Source: an uncultured archaeon (GTDB lineage: Archaea; Iainarchaeota; Iainarchaeia; Iainarchaeales; 1-14-0-10-31-34). From it: a stretch of DNA of 64,000 nt. A model generated the notes under the pieces. That model saw nothing but the letters and a program-made list of their open reading frames with translations. It searched no databases and was not told where the DNA came from. Positions within the stretch are counted from its first letter, which is position 1. Every line of letters begins with the position of its first letter. Location of the stretch: the NCBI GenBank assembly GCA_964608675.1, contig CAZSOZ010000004.1:1-64000 (forward strand), given 5' to 3'. Of the stretch, positions 47,037 through 54,958 are shown one piece after another. The translations under genes and the position numbers were made by a program.

Positions 47037-47331
47037 ATGACTGGAGAAAAAGAAATTCTTCTTAGCAGAAAAATTCATTTTGTCCCTTTGGCTATTCTTT
47101 TTTTATTTTTTTTTGATTGTTTTTTATTTTTTTGATGTTGGTGGGGCAAGTCCCTTCAAAGAAAAATCAATTTATTTTAGGTATCTTGCTATCGTGCTCT
47201 ATGCTTTAGGAATGGTTGTTTTAATCGAGGTTGGTACCAGAATCATGGTTTACGTTTATGGCGGGTCAATGAAACCAGAAGACTCAAGAAAAAAACTTTA
47301 CAGTGACTTAAAGAATAAACACAAAAAATAG
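47037..47331 (+). pseudogene. Small two-TM protein, apparently frameshifted in a poly-T tract near 47098-47114
   Basis: ATG 47037 frame (MTGEKEILLSRKIHFVPLAIL) is out of phase with the downstream open frame (FYFFLIVFYFFDVGG...KNKHKK). Confidence 0.45.
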
Positions 47332-47350
47332 CATATTACTTATACGTAAT

Positions 47351-47494
47351 CTAAGTAATATGCATTGGATTAACTAAAACTAGTCCTTCTTTTATTTTGC
47401 TTTTAGAAACAACTTCTTCAACTTCTTTTGTAATGTTAACAAATTCTATTCTGTTTTTTGTTTTAATTTCAAGGTATTCAGTGAAAGATTTCAT
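47351..47494 (-). pseudogene. Truncated 5' paralog of yjbQ (47 aa)
   Basis: [47 protein letters not shown] aligns with residues 1-47 of 46020..46430. Confidence 0.85.
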
Positions 47495-47569
47495 AAAAAT
47501 TTTTTTGTTTCAACATGTTTTTAATGAATTCCCTTTAATTTATTTTTACTGTATTTAAGGTGTTTTTTT

Positions 47570-48430
47570 TTGATTGCAAAAAACAATAAAGCAAAATTGT
47601 GTTCTTCATGCAAAGAACTTAATCTTCACTGTGGGACAATTGTTTTTTGCACTGACAGAAGAGTTAATGCTGAAGCTGTTTCTAATGCTTTAAAAAAACA
47701 GGGTTTTCCTGAAGAACTGGTTTTTTGCGTTAAAAGCTCTTATGGTCATGAAAGTGCAGGGAACAAAATTCATGAAAGCGATCCTTTAATTGCACAGGCG
47801 TTAAAATTGGGAATTGGCCCAGGGCATTTCGGAAAAATTGTTTCTGTTTTTGGGCACAGCAGTAAATGTGGGGGAATGAATGCACAGCATGAACTGCATA
47901 AACTTGAATTTTTAATTGAAAAAGAAAAATTAAATAAAAACAAAAAAAAAGCAAAAGAATTAAAAGAAAAATTAAATGAATTAAAAAAAGATGCAATTTC
48001 AGGATGGGTTGCATTAGATTTAAATGAATTTAAGTCTTTGGTTTCAGAACTTAAAAAAAAGTTTTTAGAAAAAGAATTTGAAGAATTCTTGTTTTCTGAT
48101 GACTTCAGAATTCTTTTAGAAGAATTTAATGTTTTTGTTCAATTAAAAAAATTAATTAACCGCAAAGATTTTCAGGAATATTATTTTAATGCTTTTAAGG
48201 ATGGAAGAGGGAAAATTAAATTGATTGCAGGAATTTATTCTCCTAAAGAAAAAATTTGCAGGGGCGCTTACTGTACTTCAACAGGAAAAGTAAACTTTGA
48301 TTTTCCTTTTATTTATTCTGTGTTTGGAGAAAAAAAAGTAAAAGAAATACTTTCTTTTTTTAATTTATTTCATTTAAAAGGAAAACCTGAAATAGAATAC
48401 AAAATAAGTTATGGGAAGGAAGGGATTTGA
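47570..48430 (+). CDS. Divergent beta-class carbonic anhydrase-like protein
   Basis: FCTDRRV (CxDxR), AGN, FGHSSKCGG (His/Cys ligands), EFNVFVQLKKL and IAGIY; 3' end overlaps tRNA-Ile. Confidence 0.65.
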   Translation: MIAKNNKAKLCSSCKELNLHCGTIVFCTDRRVNAEAVSNALKKQGFPEELVFCVKSSYGHESAGNKIHESDPLIAQALKLGIGPGHFGKIVSVFGHSSKCGGMNAQHELHKLEFLIEKEKLNKNKKKAKELKEKLNELKKDAISGWVALDLNEFKSLVSELKKKFLEKEFEEFLFSDDFRILLEEFNVFVQLKKLINRKDFQEYYFNAFKDGRGKIKLIAGIYSPKEKICRGAYCTSTGKVNFDFPFIYSVFGEKKVKEILSFFNLFHLKGKPEIEYKISYGKEGI

Positions 48431-48485
48431 ACCCTTGACCTCCCGGTTATCAGCCGGGTGCTCCACCAAACTAAGCTACCCTCCC
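48412..48485 (-). tRNA. tRNA-Ile(GAT)
   Basis: GGGAGGG/CCTTCCC acceptor, CCCGG-CTGATAA-CCGGG anticodon arm, AAGGG-TTCAAAT-CCCTT T arm. Confidence 0.95.
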
Positions 48486-48489
48486 AAAC

Positions 48490-48550
48490 AAACTTTTTAG
48501 AAAAAAGTTTGATCAAAAAAAACCTTTTTAGAAAAAAGGTTTGCTAAAAA
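48490..48550. repeat. Palindromic intergenic repeat, two tandem copies between tRNA-Gln and tRNA-Ile
   Basis: AAACTTTTTAGAAAAAAGTTTGATCAAAA and AAACCTTTTTAGAAAAAAGGTTTGCTAAAA. Confidence 0.75.
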
Positions 48551-48612
48551 TGAAGTTTATGCTAAGCAGTAATAAAAAGTACTTCAAGTAAAACAATTTA
48601 AACTTAATGAAA

Positions 48613-48685
48613 TAGCCCCGAGGAGATTCGAACTCCTGTCAACGGGTCCAAAGCCCGCCATCCTTGGCCACTAGACTACGGGGCT
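48613..48685 (-). tRNA. tRNA-Gln(TTG)
   Basis: AGCCCCG/CGGGGCT acceptor (archaeal A1-U72), GCGGG-CTTTGGA-CCCGT anticodon arm, AGGAG-TTCGAAT-CTCCT T arm. Confidence 0.95.
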
Positions 48686-48920
48686 AAAAATGGGCTATTA
48701 ATGTAATTAAAACAGAAATAGACTATAAAAAAGTGTGGGAAAAAACTATTAAATATTAATAAGCCGGCAAAAACAAAACAAAAAAAGAAGATAAATCTGA
48801 AAAAGCTAAAGGAGCTTTGTGTAAATAGTGCTTGAAATTGCTTACTTTTTACACAGAGTGAACACTTTTTACACAGGTTAAATTTATTAATTTCAAAAGT
48901 TAATAATTTAGTTGATTAAA

Positions 48921-49163
48921 ATGGCTGACTTTTGGGAAACTATTTTTTATATTGCTTTAGGAGTTTTTATTTTGTGGGCTTTGTTAAAAAGTTTTGGTAT
49001 AATACAAAGTCCTGCATGGCTTGAAGTTGGCGTTCCAGCAGTTTCTGGCGGAGTAGCTATTGGAAGTTTTTATCAAAAGTTTAGGCAATTAGAAAAAACT
49101 GTAGAAGAAATAGGAAAGAAAACTAATGAAGTCTATGAAAAATGTCCTGCAGTTAAGCACTAA
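48921..49163 (+). CDS. Small two-TM plus coiled-coil protein (transposon cargo)
   Basis: Hydrophobic pair followed by KFRQLEKTVEEIGKK. Confidence 0.65.
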   Translation: MADFWETIFYIALGVFILWALLKSFGIIQSPAWLEVGVPAVSGGVAIGSFYQKFRQLEKTVEEIGKKTNEVYEKCPAVKH

Positions 49164-50355
49164 AATTTATTTCTATTCCTAATTCATTTGTTTCATGAAT
49201 TACAACAACTATGTTATGACATAAGACTTTCAATAACAACTCGTTTTTTTGTGCTGTGTGTGTTTTTGATTTCAGGCAGTCGTTAAATTTTGATTTTATC
49301 ATAAAAAATGTTGTTTCTATGTTGCTTCTTTTGTGATAGTGTTGCATGAATTCTTCTTGGTTGAATTTGAAGTAGTGATACATTTTTCTTCAAATGTGGT
49401 TTTTTCCTTTTGGAATTCCTCTTGCACTTTTTTTGAATGGAATGTAAGCTGTTCCGCCAAAGTCATCAATTAAAGCAAGGTTATCTCTTGAACTGTAAGC
49501 CATGTCTGCTGAAAACTCTTGAATATCAAAACCATTTTGTTTTGTTTGTGTGGCTAATGGAATTAAGTTAGGGCTATCTCCTGTGCCTGTTCCATGACTT
49601 TTTGATACTTCACAGCTTGTTATTATGTTTGTTTTTGCTCCGCAGACTGCATGAAGTTTAAGCCATTCATGTCGTCTTTTTGTATTGTGTTTTTCTTTAC
49701 AGTATTCATTAAATTTTGTTGTTCTGAATCCAGTTGAATCAATGCAAAATTTTTCTTCACAAGTTTTCAAAACAATTCCTGACTTTGAAATTAATTGCTT
49801 TAAAGTTTTGGTTATTTGTTTCTTTTGCGTGAAGTGTCCGATTGAAGCAAAACAAGGGACTTTTTGAATTAATCCTTTTTCTTTTGCAAACTTTAAATCT
49901 GACATGAATCTTCTTAAAGAAAATTGAGAATAAACTTTTAGTGCTGAAGCAAACATTAAATCTTTTTCTGAAATTTTAGGTCTGCCAAAACTATAATCTG
50001 CTTCTTCAATGTTTTCTAATAAATCTTTTAGTAATTCCATGAATCTTTCTTTTTCTGTTTCTTGGCTTTTATTGTAAGCACTCCAAGTTTGAGGATAAGT
50101 TAATCTTTTTGTTTCAATTTTGCTTACTCCGTTTTTGATTGTAATTTTTTGTAAATAGTATTGAACTGCAAAAGCGTGTTTACAAGTGCAATCACTATTC
50201 TTATGGTCAGGACAACTACAAGAATAATCCTTTCTAACAAAATAATTTTTATTTCCTGATTGGCTTGGAACTATCCAGCCATCAACTCCGCTTTGAATTG
50301 TTTTAGTTTTTGCAATTTCAAAACCTTTCTTTTTTCTTAAATCCATTTTACTCAA
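49153..50355 (-). pseudogene. SWIM zinc-finger plus DDE transposase (IS4/IS5 clan) interrupted by one in-frame TGA at 49390-49392
   Basis: SWIM CSCPD...CKH; IDSTG, ADMAY and YHKRSNIETTFFMIK (YREK). The two ORFs are in the same frame: NHI*RKMYHY. Confidence 0.9.
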
Positions 50356-50361
50356 CCTCTC

Positions 50362-50412
50362 ACATACTTATTAAGTACATACTTTATAAGTGTATACTAT
50401 TAAAAACCTTTC
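50362..50412 (-). promoter_or_regulatory. Transposase promoter (CGAAAGGTTTTTAATA) and tandem 15-bp candidate operator
   Basis: ACATACTTATTAAGT (50362-50376) and ACATACTTTATAAGT (50377-50391), each partly palindromic, lying between the TATA box and the GAGGT RBS. Confidence 0.6.
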
Positions 50413-50431
50413 GGTTCAATAAAGTATATAA

Positions 50432-50632
50432 ATGGGAAATAACTTGTATAGTCCAATGGCAGTATTCAAGAAAAAAATAACAGTAACTATGTTACGTTGT
50501 GAAAGATGTGGTTATGAGTGGCAACAGAGAGGTAAAAAACTCCCTGAAGTGTGTGCTAATCTAAAATGCAAAAGCAGATATTGGAATAGACCAAGACAAC
50601 AACGAAAAACAAAGAAAGATGGTAAAAAATGA
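50432..50632 (+). CDS. Small Zn-ribbon protein, divergent from the transposase (candidate regulator)
   Basis: CERCGYEW...P..CANLKCKS.YWNRPR; basic tail; start may be ATG 50456. Confidence 0.75.
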   Translation: MGNNLYSPMAVFKKKITVTMLRCERCGYEWQQRGKKLPEVCANLKCKSRYWNRPRQQRKTKKDGKK

Positions 50633-51942
50633 GCGTCACAGATAATTCAAGAAGAAGTTTAGGAGTTCATTTAACTTCAGTAAACACATTTAAAAAATAC
50701 GTTTTTCCAAAAATTAAAAACAAAATAAATGACTTTATTTGGGTTGACTTATTTGCAGGAGAAGGCAACCTTATTTTACCTATTCTTGAAAGTATTTCAA
50801 AAGACAAAAGAATTCAATTTTTTAAGGAAAACATTTTCTTGTTTGATATTCAAAAAGAAATGGTTAAAAAATCTGTTGAAAATGCAATAAAATATGGGAT
50901 ACCTAAAGAGATTGCAGAAAAAAACATAATTCAGCAAGATACCTTAAAAAATTTTCCAAAATTTTTACATGAACTAAATAAACCAATTTTCCATATAACT
51001 AACCCCCCTTATCTATATTTAGGGTATATAGGAAAACACAAAGAAATGAATATTCACTTAAGTTATTTTGAAGGATATAATAAAGGATATCAAGACTTAT
51101 ATCAAATTGCCTTAATAAATGACTTAAGAAATAATCTACAAAAAATGATTTACATTATTCCATCAAATTTTTTATTTGGGGCAGTAATTTCAAACAAAAT
51201 AAGAGATGACTTTTTACCACAATACAAAATAAATGAAGCAGTAATTTTTGAAAAAAAAATATTTGAATTTACTGGCACAAATGTAATGATTTGTTTTTTT
51301 GAAAAAACTGAAAAATTAAATAGGATAATTGAATTTAATGCAACAAAAATTAACAGCCACGAAATAACAAGGCACTATATTTTAACTAAAAAAAACAAAT
51401 TTAGGGGCGGAAACTATTTTGAAGAATATGTAAAAACAAGAAAAGCAGTTAACCCCCTTGAAGTTAAATATTATTTAAAACAAGAAGAATTAGAAAAAAA
51501 CAAAGGAAATAATAAAGTCATTCTTTTAGATTCAAAAAATTATACAGGGAAGAGTTACTCGCAAAAAGAATTTTTTGTAAACAATAAGTTATTTAATAAA
51601 ATTAAATCAAATCCTTTGTTTATAAGGACAGTTGATACTGGTTCAGAAGAAGGCAGAGCTGGTTTATACAACATAAAAAAAACTTTTGAAGTTGACGGAA
51701 TTTTTGTTAGTGGTGCAACTTACAGAACAAACCCAATACAACTTTTCATTACTCCAACTTTAAAAAACAATGATTCTGAAAAATTAAAAGAACAATTTAA
51801 TCAAACTCTTGAAAATTTAAGAGATAAAACTGACAGTGAATTTATGACTACTTACAAATATACTAATGGAACAGGAAAGTATATTAGAAAGTATTTAGGG
51901 TTAAGTCAAGCAAAAAAGCTTTTACAAACAATAATTTTGTAA
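50629..51942 (+). CDS. N6-adenine DNA methyltransferase (gamma motif order)
   Basis: Motif I VDLFAGEG, motif IV TNPPY, IIPSNF; intact 437-aa ORF. Confidence 0.88.
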   Translation: MSVTDNSRRSLGVHLTSVNTFKKYVFPKIKNKINDFIWVDLFAGEGNLILPILESISKDKRIQFFKENIFLFDIQKEMVKKSVENAIKYGIPKEIAEKNIIQQDTLKNFPKFLHELNKPIFHITNPPYLYLGYIGKHKEMNIHLSYFEGYNKGYQDLYQIALINDLRNNLQKMIYIIPSNFLFGAVISNKIRDDFLPQYKINEAVIFEKKIFEFTGTNVMICFFEKTEKLNRIIEFNATKINSHEITRHYILTKKNKFRGGNYFEEYVKTRKAVNPLEVKYYLKQEELEKNKGNNKVILLDSKNYTGKSYSQKEFFVNNKLFNKIKSNPLFIRTVDTGSEEGRAGLYNIKKTFEVDGIFVSGATYRTNPIQLFITPTLKNNDSEKLKEQFNQTLENLRDKTDSEFMTTYKYTNGTGKYIRKYLGLSQAKKLLQTIIL

Positions 51943-51948
51943 ACAAAA

Positions 51949-52751
51949 TTATCTTTCATTTTCTTTTATAAAATCAGGTAGTAAAAGAGCACTTAAAGCA
52001 TTTCCTGTTGAATTACAAAGACGTTTATAATATCTGCCACTTTCTTTAAACCAAACTACTCCATCAACTATAGCTATTCTTATAACATTTCCTGATTTTT
52101 CTTCAGAAAATTTAACTATATTAAAATATTGATTATCTTGTCCGCCACCACCAGCAGAAATAAATTTTGCTCCACCAACTATAAACTTTCCATTTTTTAG
52201 TTTGGCAATAAAATCTACATCTCCTTTTTCTTCAAGTTTACATTTTAATTCCTTTTCAGCAAACCATTGCATTTGTTTATCTGAGGCATTAAGAAAGACT
52301 GTTGAATTAGAAACTTTAAAGTCATTTAAAGAAACAGAAGGATATCCTATAGTTTTAACCCATGCCTTAAAAGCGTTTCCTAATCGTTTACTTGCACTTT
52401 TTGGTTCATTACATCTGTCTACAACTTCTCGCCAACTTAATTTTATATCCTTTTTGCTATGCGTTGTGTGGTTTGTGGATTGTTTTCTATTATCTTTTCA
52501 TTAAGCTTTAAAGAGCCCATATATGAATCTTTAATAGGTGCTGCTTCTTTTCTGGAAAGAATTGAAATGCTTTTCACTAATTCTTCCATATTTTTTTCTT
52601 CATACGCTTTTTTTATTTTATTCATTAATTCCTCAGAAATATCTCTCTTTTCTTCTGTTTGTGCAGGATAAACAGAATGGAGTTTATCTAAATATCCTTT
52701 AGAATTAGCAAAATTAATGCTTTTTTCAACCCAATTATTCATATTAACCAA
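51949..52751 (-). pseudogene. Tsp45I-like type II restriction endonuclease, frameshifted near 52446
   Basis: WVEKSINFAN..GYLDKL..VYP, PIKDSY and NPQT; after a frame change KLSWREVVDRCNEPK...NASDKQM...VDFIAK..GKFIVGGAKF..GGGQDNQ. Family recognised from memory. Confidence 0.75.
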
Positions 52752-52804
52752 TAAAATATGCTATTACCTTTATTTAAGTTTTGGGATTTAATAATATTGG
52801 TAGT

Positions 52805-53023
52805 ATGGGCGGTTCATTAAATTACGAAAGAAGTTATGAAAAACTTCAGAAAGCAAGAAGCTTATCGGAAGAAGAAAAAAAAATAATTATGGCACGAAAA
52901 AGAGGGTTTCCTAATTGTAAGGGATTATATCCTGATTGCCCTGAAGTTCCTGATAAAAATTGTAGTCAATGTAAGACCTGCCCTGTTTTAGACGAAACAT
53001 ATGAAAGAAGTTATAAAGTTTAA
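52805..53023 (+). CDS. Small Cys-rich protein (transposon cargo)
   Basis: NCKGLYPDCPEVPDKNCSQCKTCP; ends immediately before the right-end boxes. Confidence 0.55.
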   Translation: MGGSLNYERSYEKLQKARSLSEEEKKIIMARKRGFPNCKGLYPDCPEVPDKNCSQCKTCPVLDETYERSYKV

Positions 53024-53127
53024 GGACTTTTTACACGGTTTTTTTACTTTTTACACAAAAACGACTTTTCACACAAAGCTAGCTAAAGGCAAACCATTAA
53101 ATAGTTCTTTTTGTTTTATTTTTTTTT

Positions 53128-53697
53128 ATGTTAATAAAATTTTTTTTGCCTGCAATTTTGTTTTTATTTTTGTTTTCTTTTGGGTGTTTTGATTTAATTA
53201 AAGAAAGCCCTGGAGAAAAAGCAGTTAAATTGGCTGATCAACTGCCTGAAATTGATGTTACTGAAAGGCTGATTAAAAGTTTTGAGAACTCAGATGAATG
53301 TACTTTGAATGTTTATATTGAAAATTATTCTAGTTTACTGCAGGTTCAGGGAATGGGTTATTTTGAGCCAACACAGGAACAAAGAAAAGAAATGGGGTTG
53401 GCTTTAAATAAAACAAAAGATTGGGTTAATCAATGTAATCCAAGGCTTTCCAGACAACTGGAAATGCAGTCAGAAAACAGTTATGTTGTTTATTATGAAA
53501 TGGAAACAAACAAAGATGCGGTTTGTGATGTTTCTTCTGAAAAAGTGAAAGTTTTTGTTGATTTACGAGAAGAAAAAGCGATAATTGAAGAAGGTTCAGT
53601 TTCTCAAAATAGTATTGAAGTGCTTGAAGAAGTATTGCATTATATGGGACCTTGTGCAGGATTAATGTTTTTTTCATTGACTGTTATTGAAGAATGA
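53128..53697 (+). CDS. Putative lipoprotein
   Basis: SFGC lipobox; acidic body with 4 Cys. Confidence 0.65.
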   Translation: MLIKFFLPAILFLFLFSFGCFDLIKESPGEKAVKLADQLPEIDVTERLIKSFENSDECTLNVYIENYSSLLQVQGMGYFEPTQEQRKEMGLALNKTKDWVNQCNPRLSRQLEMQSENSYVVYYEMETNKDAVCDVSSEKVKVFVDLREEKAIIEEGSVSQNSIEVLEEVLHYMGPCAGLMFFSLTVIEE

Positions 53698-53773
53698 TTT
53701 TTTTTTAAAATAGTTTTTTAAAGCTTTTCAACTATTATCTTTTTTTTCTAGAATTGAATCGGGGGTAATTAAA

Positions 53774-54931
53774 TTGTCTGGTGTAGATCCAGTTATATCT
53801 GAAGTAATGTTAAAACTAATTATAATTTTGTTTTCAGCAAAACTTGCAGGATACATTTTTGATCGAATAAAACAACCCAGAGTTTTAGGTGAACTTCTTG
53901 TTGGAGTGTTGCTTGGACCAAGCTTGTTTGGTTATATTACTGGTCATGAAGAAATCCTGATGTTTTTGTCTGAAGTCGGAGTAATTATTTTATTGTTTTT
54001 GGTTGGATTGGAATCCAATATCCATGAATTACTAAAAAGCGGAAAAAATGCTTTAATGGTTGCAGTAATTGGAGTGCTTGCTCCTGTATTATTGTCTTTG
54101 CCTTATCTGCTTTATATTGAAGTATTGGATTTTAATGCAGCTTTGTTTATTGCAGCAACTCTTACAGCAACAAGTGTCGGAGTAACCATGAGAGTTTTAA
54201 GCGAAATGAAAAAAATTACTTCGCTTGAAGGAAAAATTATTTTGGGGGCAGCAGTAATTGATGATGTTTTAGGATTAATTATTTTGTCTGTTTTGGCAGG
54301 AATCGCTGAAACAGGAGGAGTTGAAATACTGAATGTAATTCAGACTATTGTTGTTTCTGCTTTATTCCTTGCAGTAACTATTGTAATTGGAATCAAGTTA
54401 GAAGAACCTATTTTGAAGATGATAAGATATTTGAAGGTCAGAAGAACTTTTATTGTTTCAGCAGTAATTTTTGCTTTGGCTTTGGGGTATCTTGCTCAAA
54501 TGATTGGATTGGCTGCAATTGTTGGAGCATTTGCTGCAGGCTTAATTCTTGAAAGAGAAGAACACAAAGAAAACATCATGAAAAAAACTGAAGTAATTGG
54601 AGACGTGTTTACTCCGATTTTTTTTGTGATGGCTGGAGTTGCAGTTAATGTTTCAACAATTAATATGGATTTGCTTCCATTAGGAATAATTTTATTGATT
54701 ATTGCTTTGGTTGGAAAAATTGTTGCAGGCTTTGGTGTATTTGGAACTCCTGCTTCAAAGATGGCTGTTGGAGTTGGAATGGTTCCAAGAGGAGAAGTCG
54801 GATTAATTTTTGCTACATTTGGGTTAGCGCATTCTTTTATCGGAGATGGAATGTATTCAATTCTTGTTGTAGTAATAATGCTGACTACTTTGTTTACTCC
54901 GCCTGTCCTCAAAAAATTAATGGATAAATAA
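53774..54931 (+). CDS. CPA2/NapA-type Na+/H+ antiporter
   Basis: PRVLGELLVGVLLGP, TATSVG, AAVIDD and GMVPRGEVGL. Confidence 0.92.
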   Translation: MSGVDPVISEVMLKLIIILFSAKLAGYIFDRIKQPRVLGELLVGVLLGPSLFGYITGHEEILMFLSEVGVIILLFLVGLESNIHELLKSGKNALMVAVIGVLAPVLLSLPYLLYIEVLDFNAALFIAATLTATSVGVTMRVLSEMKKITSLEGKIILGAAVIDDVLGLIILSVLAGIAETGGVEILNVIQTIVVSALFLAVTIVIGIKLEEPILKMIRYLKVRRTFIVSAVIFALALGYLAQMIGLAAIVGAFAAGLILEREEHKENIMKKTEVIGDVFTPIFFVMAGVAVNVSTINMDLLPLGIILLIIALVGKIVAGFGVFGTPASKMAVGVGMVPRGEVGLIFATFGLAHSFIGDGMYSILVVVIMLTTLFTPPVLKKLMDK

Positions 54932-54958
54932 AAGAGAGATTCACTTCTCTTTTTTTTT
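54930..54958. terminator. Hairpin plus T-tract between convergent genes
   Basis: AAAAGAGA-gattcact-TCTCTTTT followed by a T run. Confidence 0.4.

Larger units (their letters stand above)
48813..53080. mobile_element. Cargo-carrying DDE transposon (4268 bp) with restriction-modification passenger genes
   Basis: 9-bp direct repeat AGCTAAAGG at 48804-48812 and 53081-53089; terminal IR AGCTTTGTGT...ACACAAAGCT; ACTTTTTACAC boxes at 48844, 48864, 53026, 53046 and 53064 (variant); internal transposase. Confidence 0.9.

Noticed and set aside
26858-47157. 20-kb integrated element between tRNA-Thr and its partial copy at 47137
   Set aside because: The interval contains core genes (aspS, asnS, fbp, fba) and no integrase
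49390-49392. Genome-wide TGA recoding (Trp, Gly or Sec)
   Set aside because: Many conserved genes here end in TGA at the expected length (ino1, glyS, purM, rpiA); the single internal TGA is better explained as a nonsense mutation
53001-53192. 63-aa ORF spanning the transposon right end
   Set aside because: It crosses the inverted repeat and TSD, overlaps two better ORFs and is Phe-rich noise
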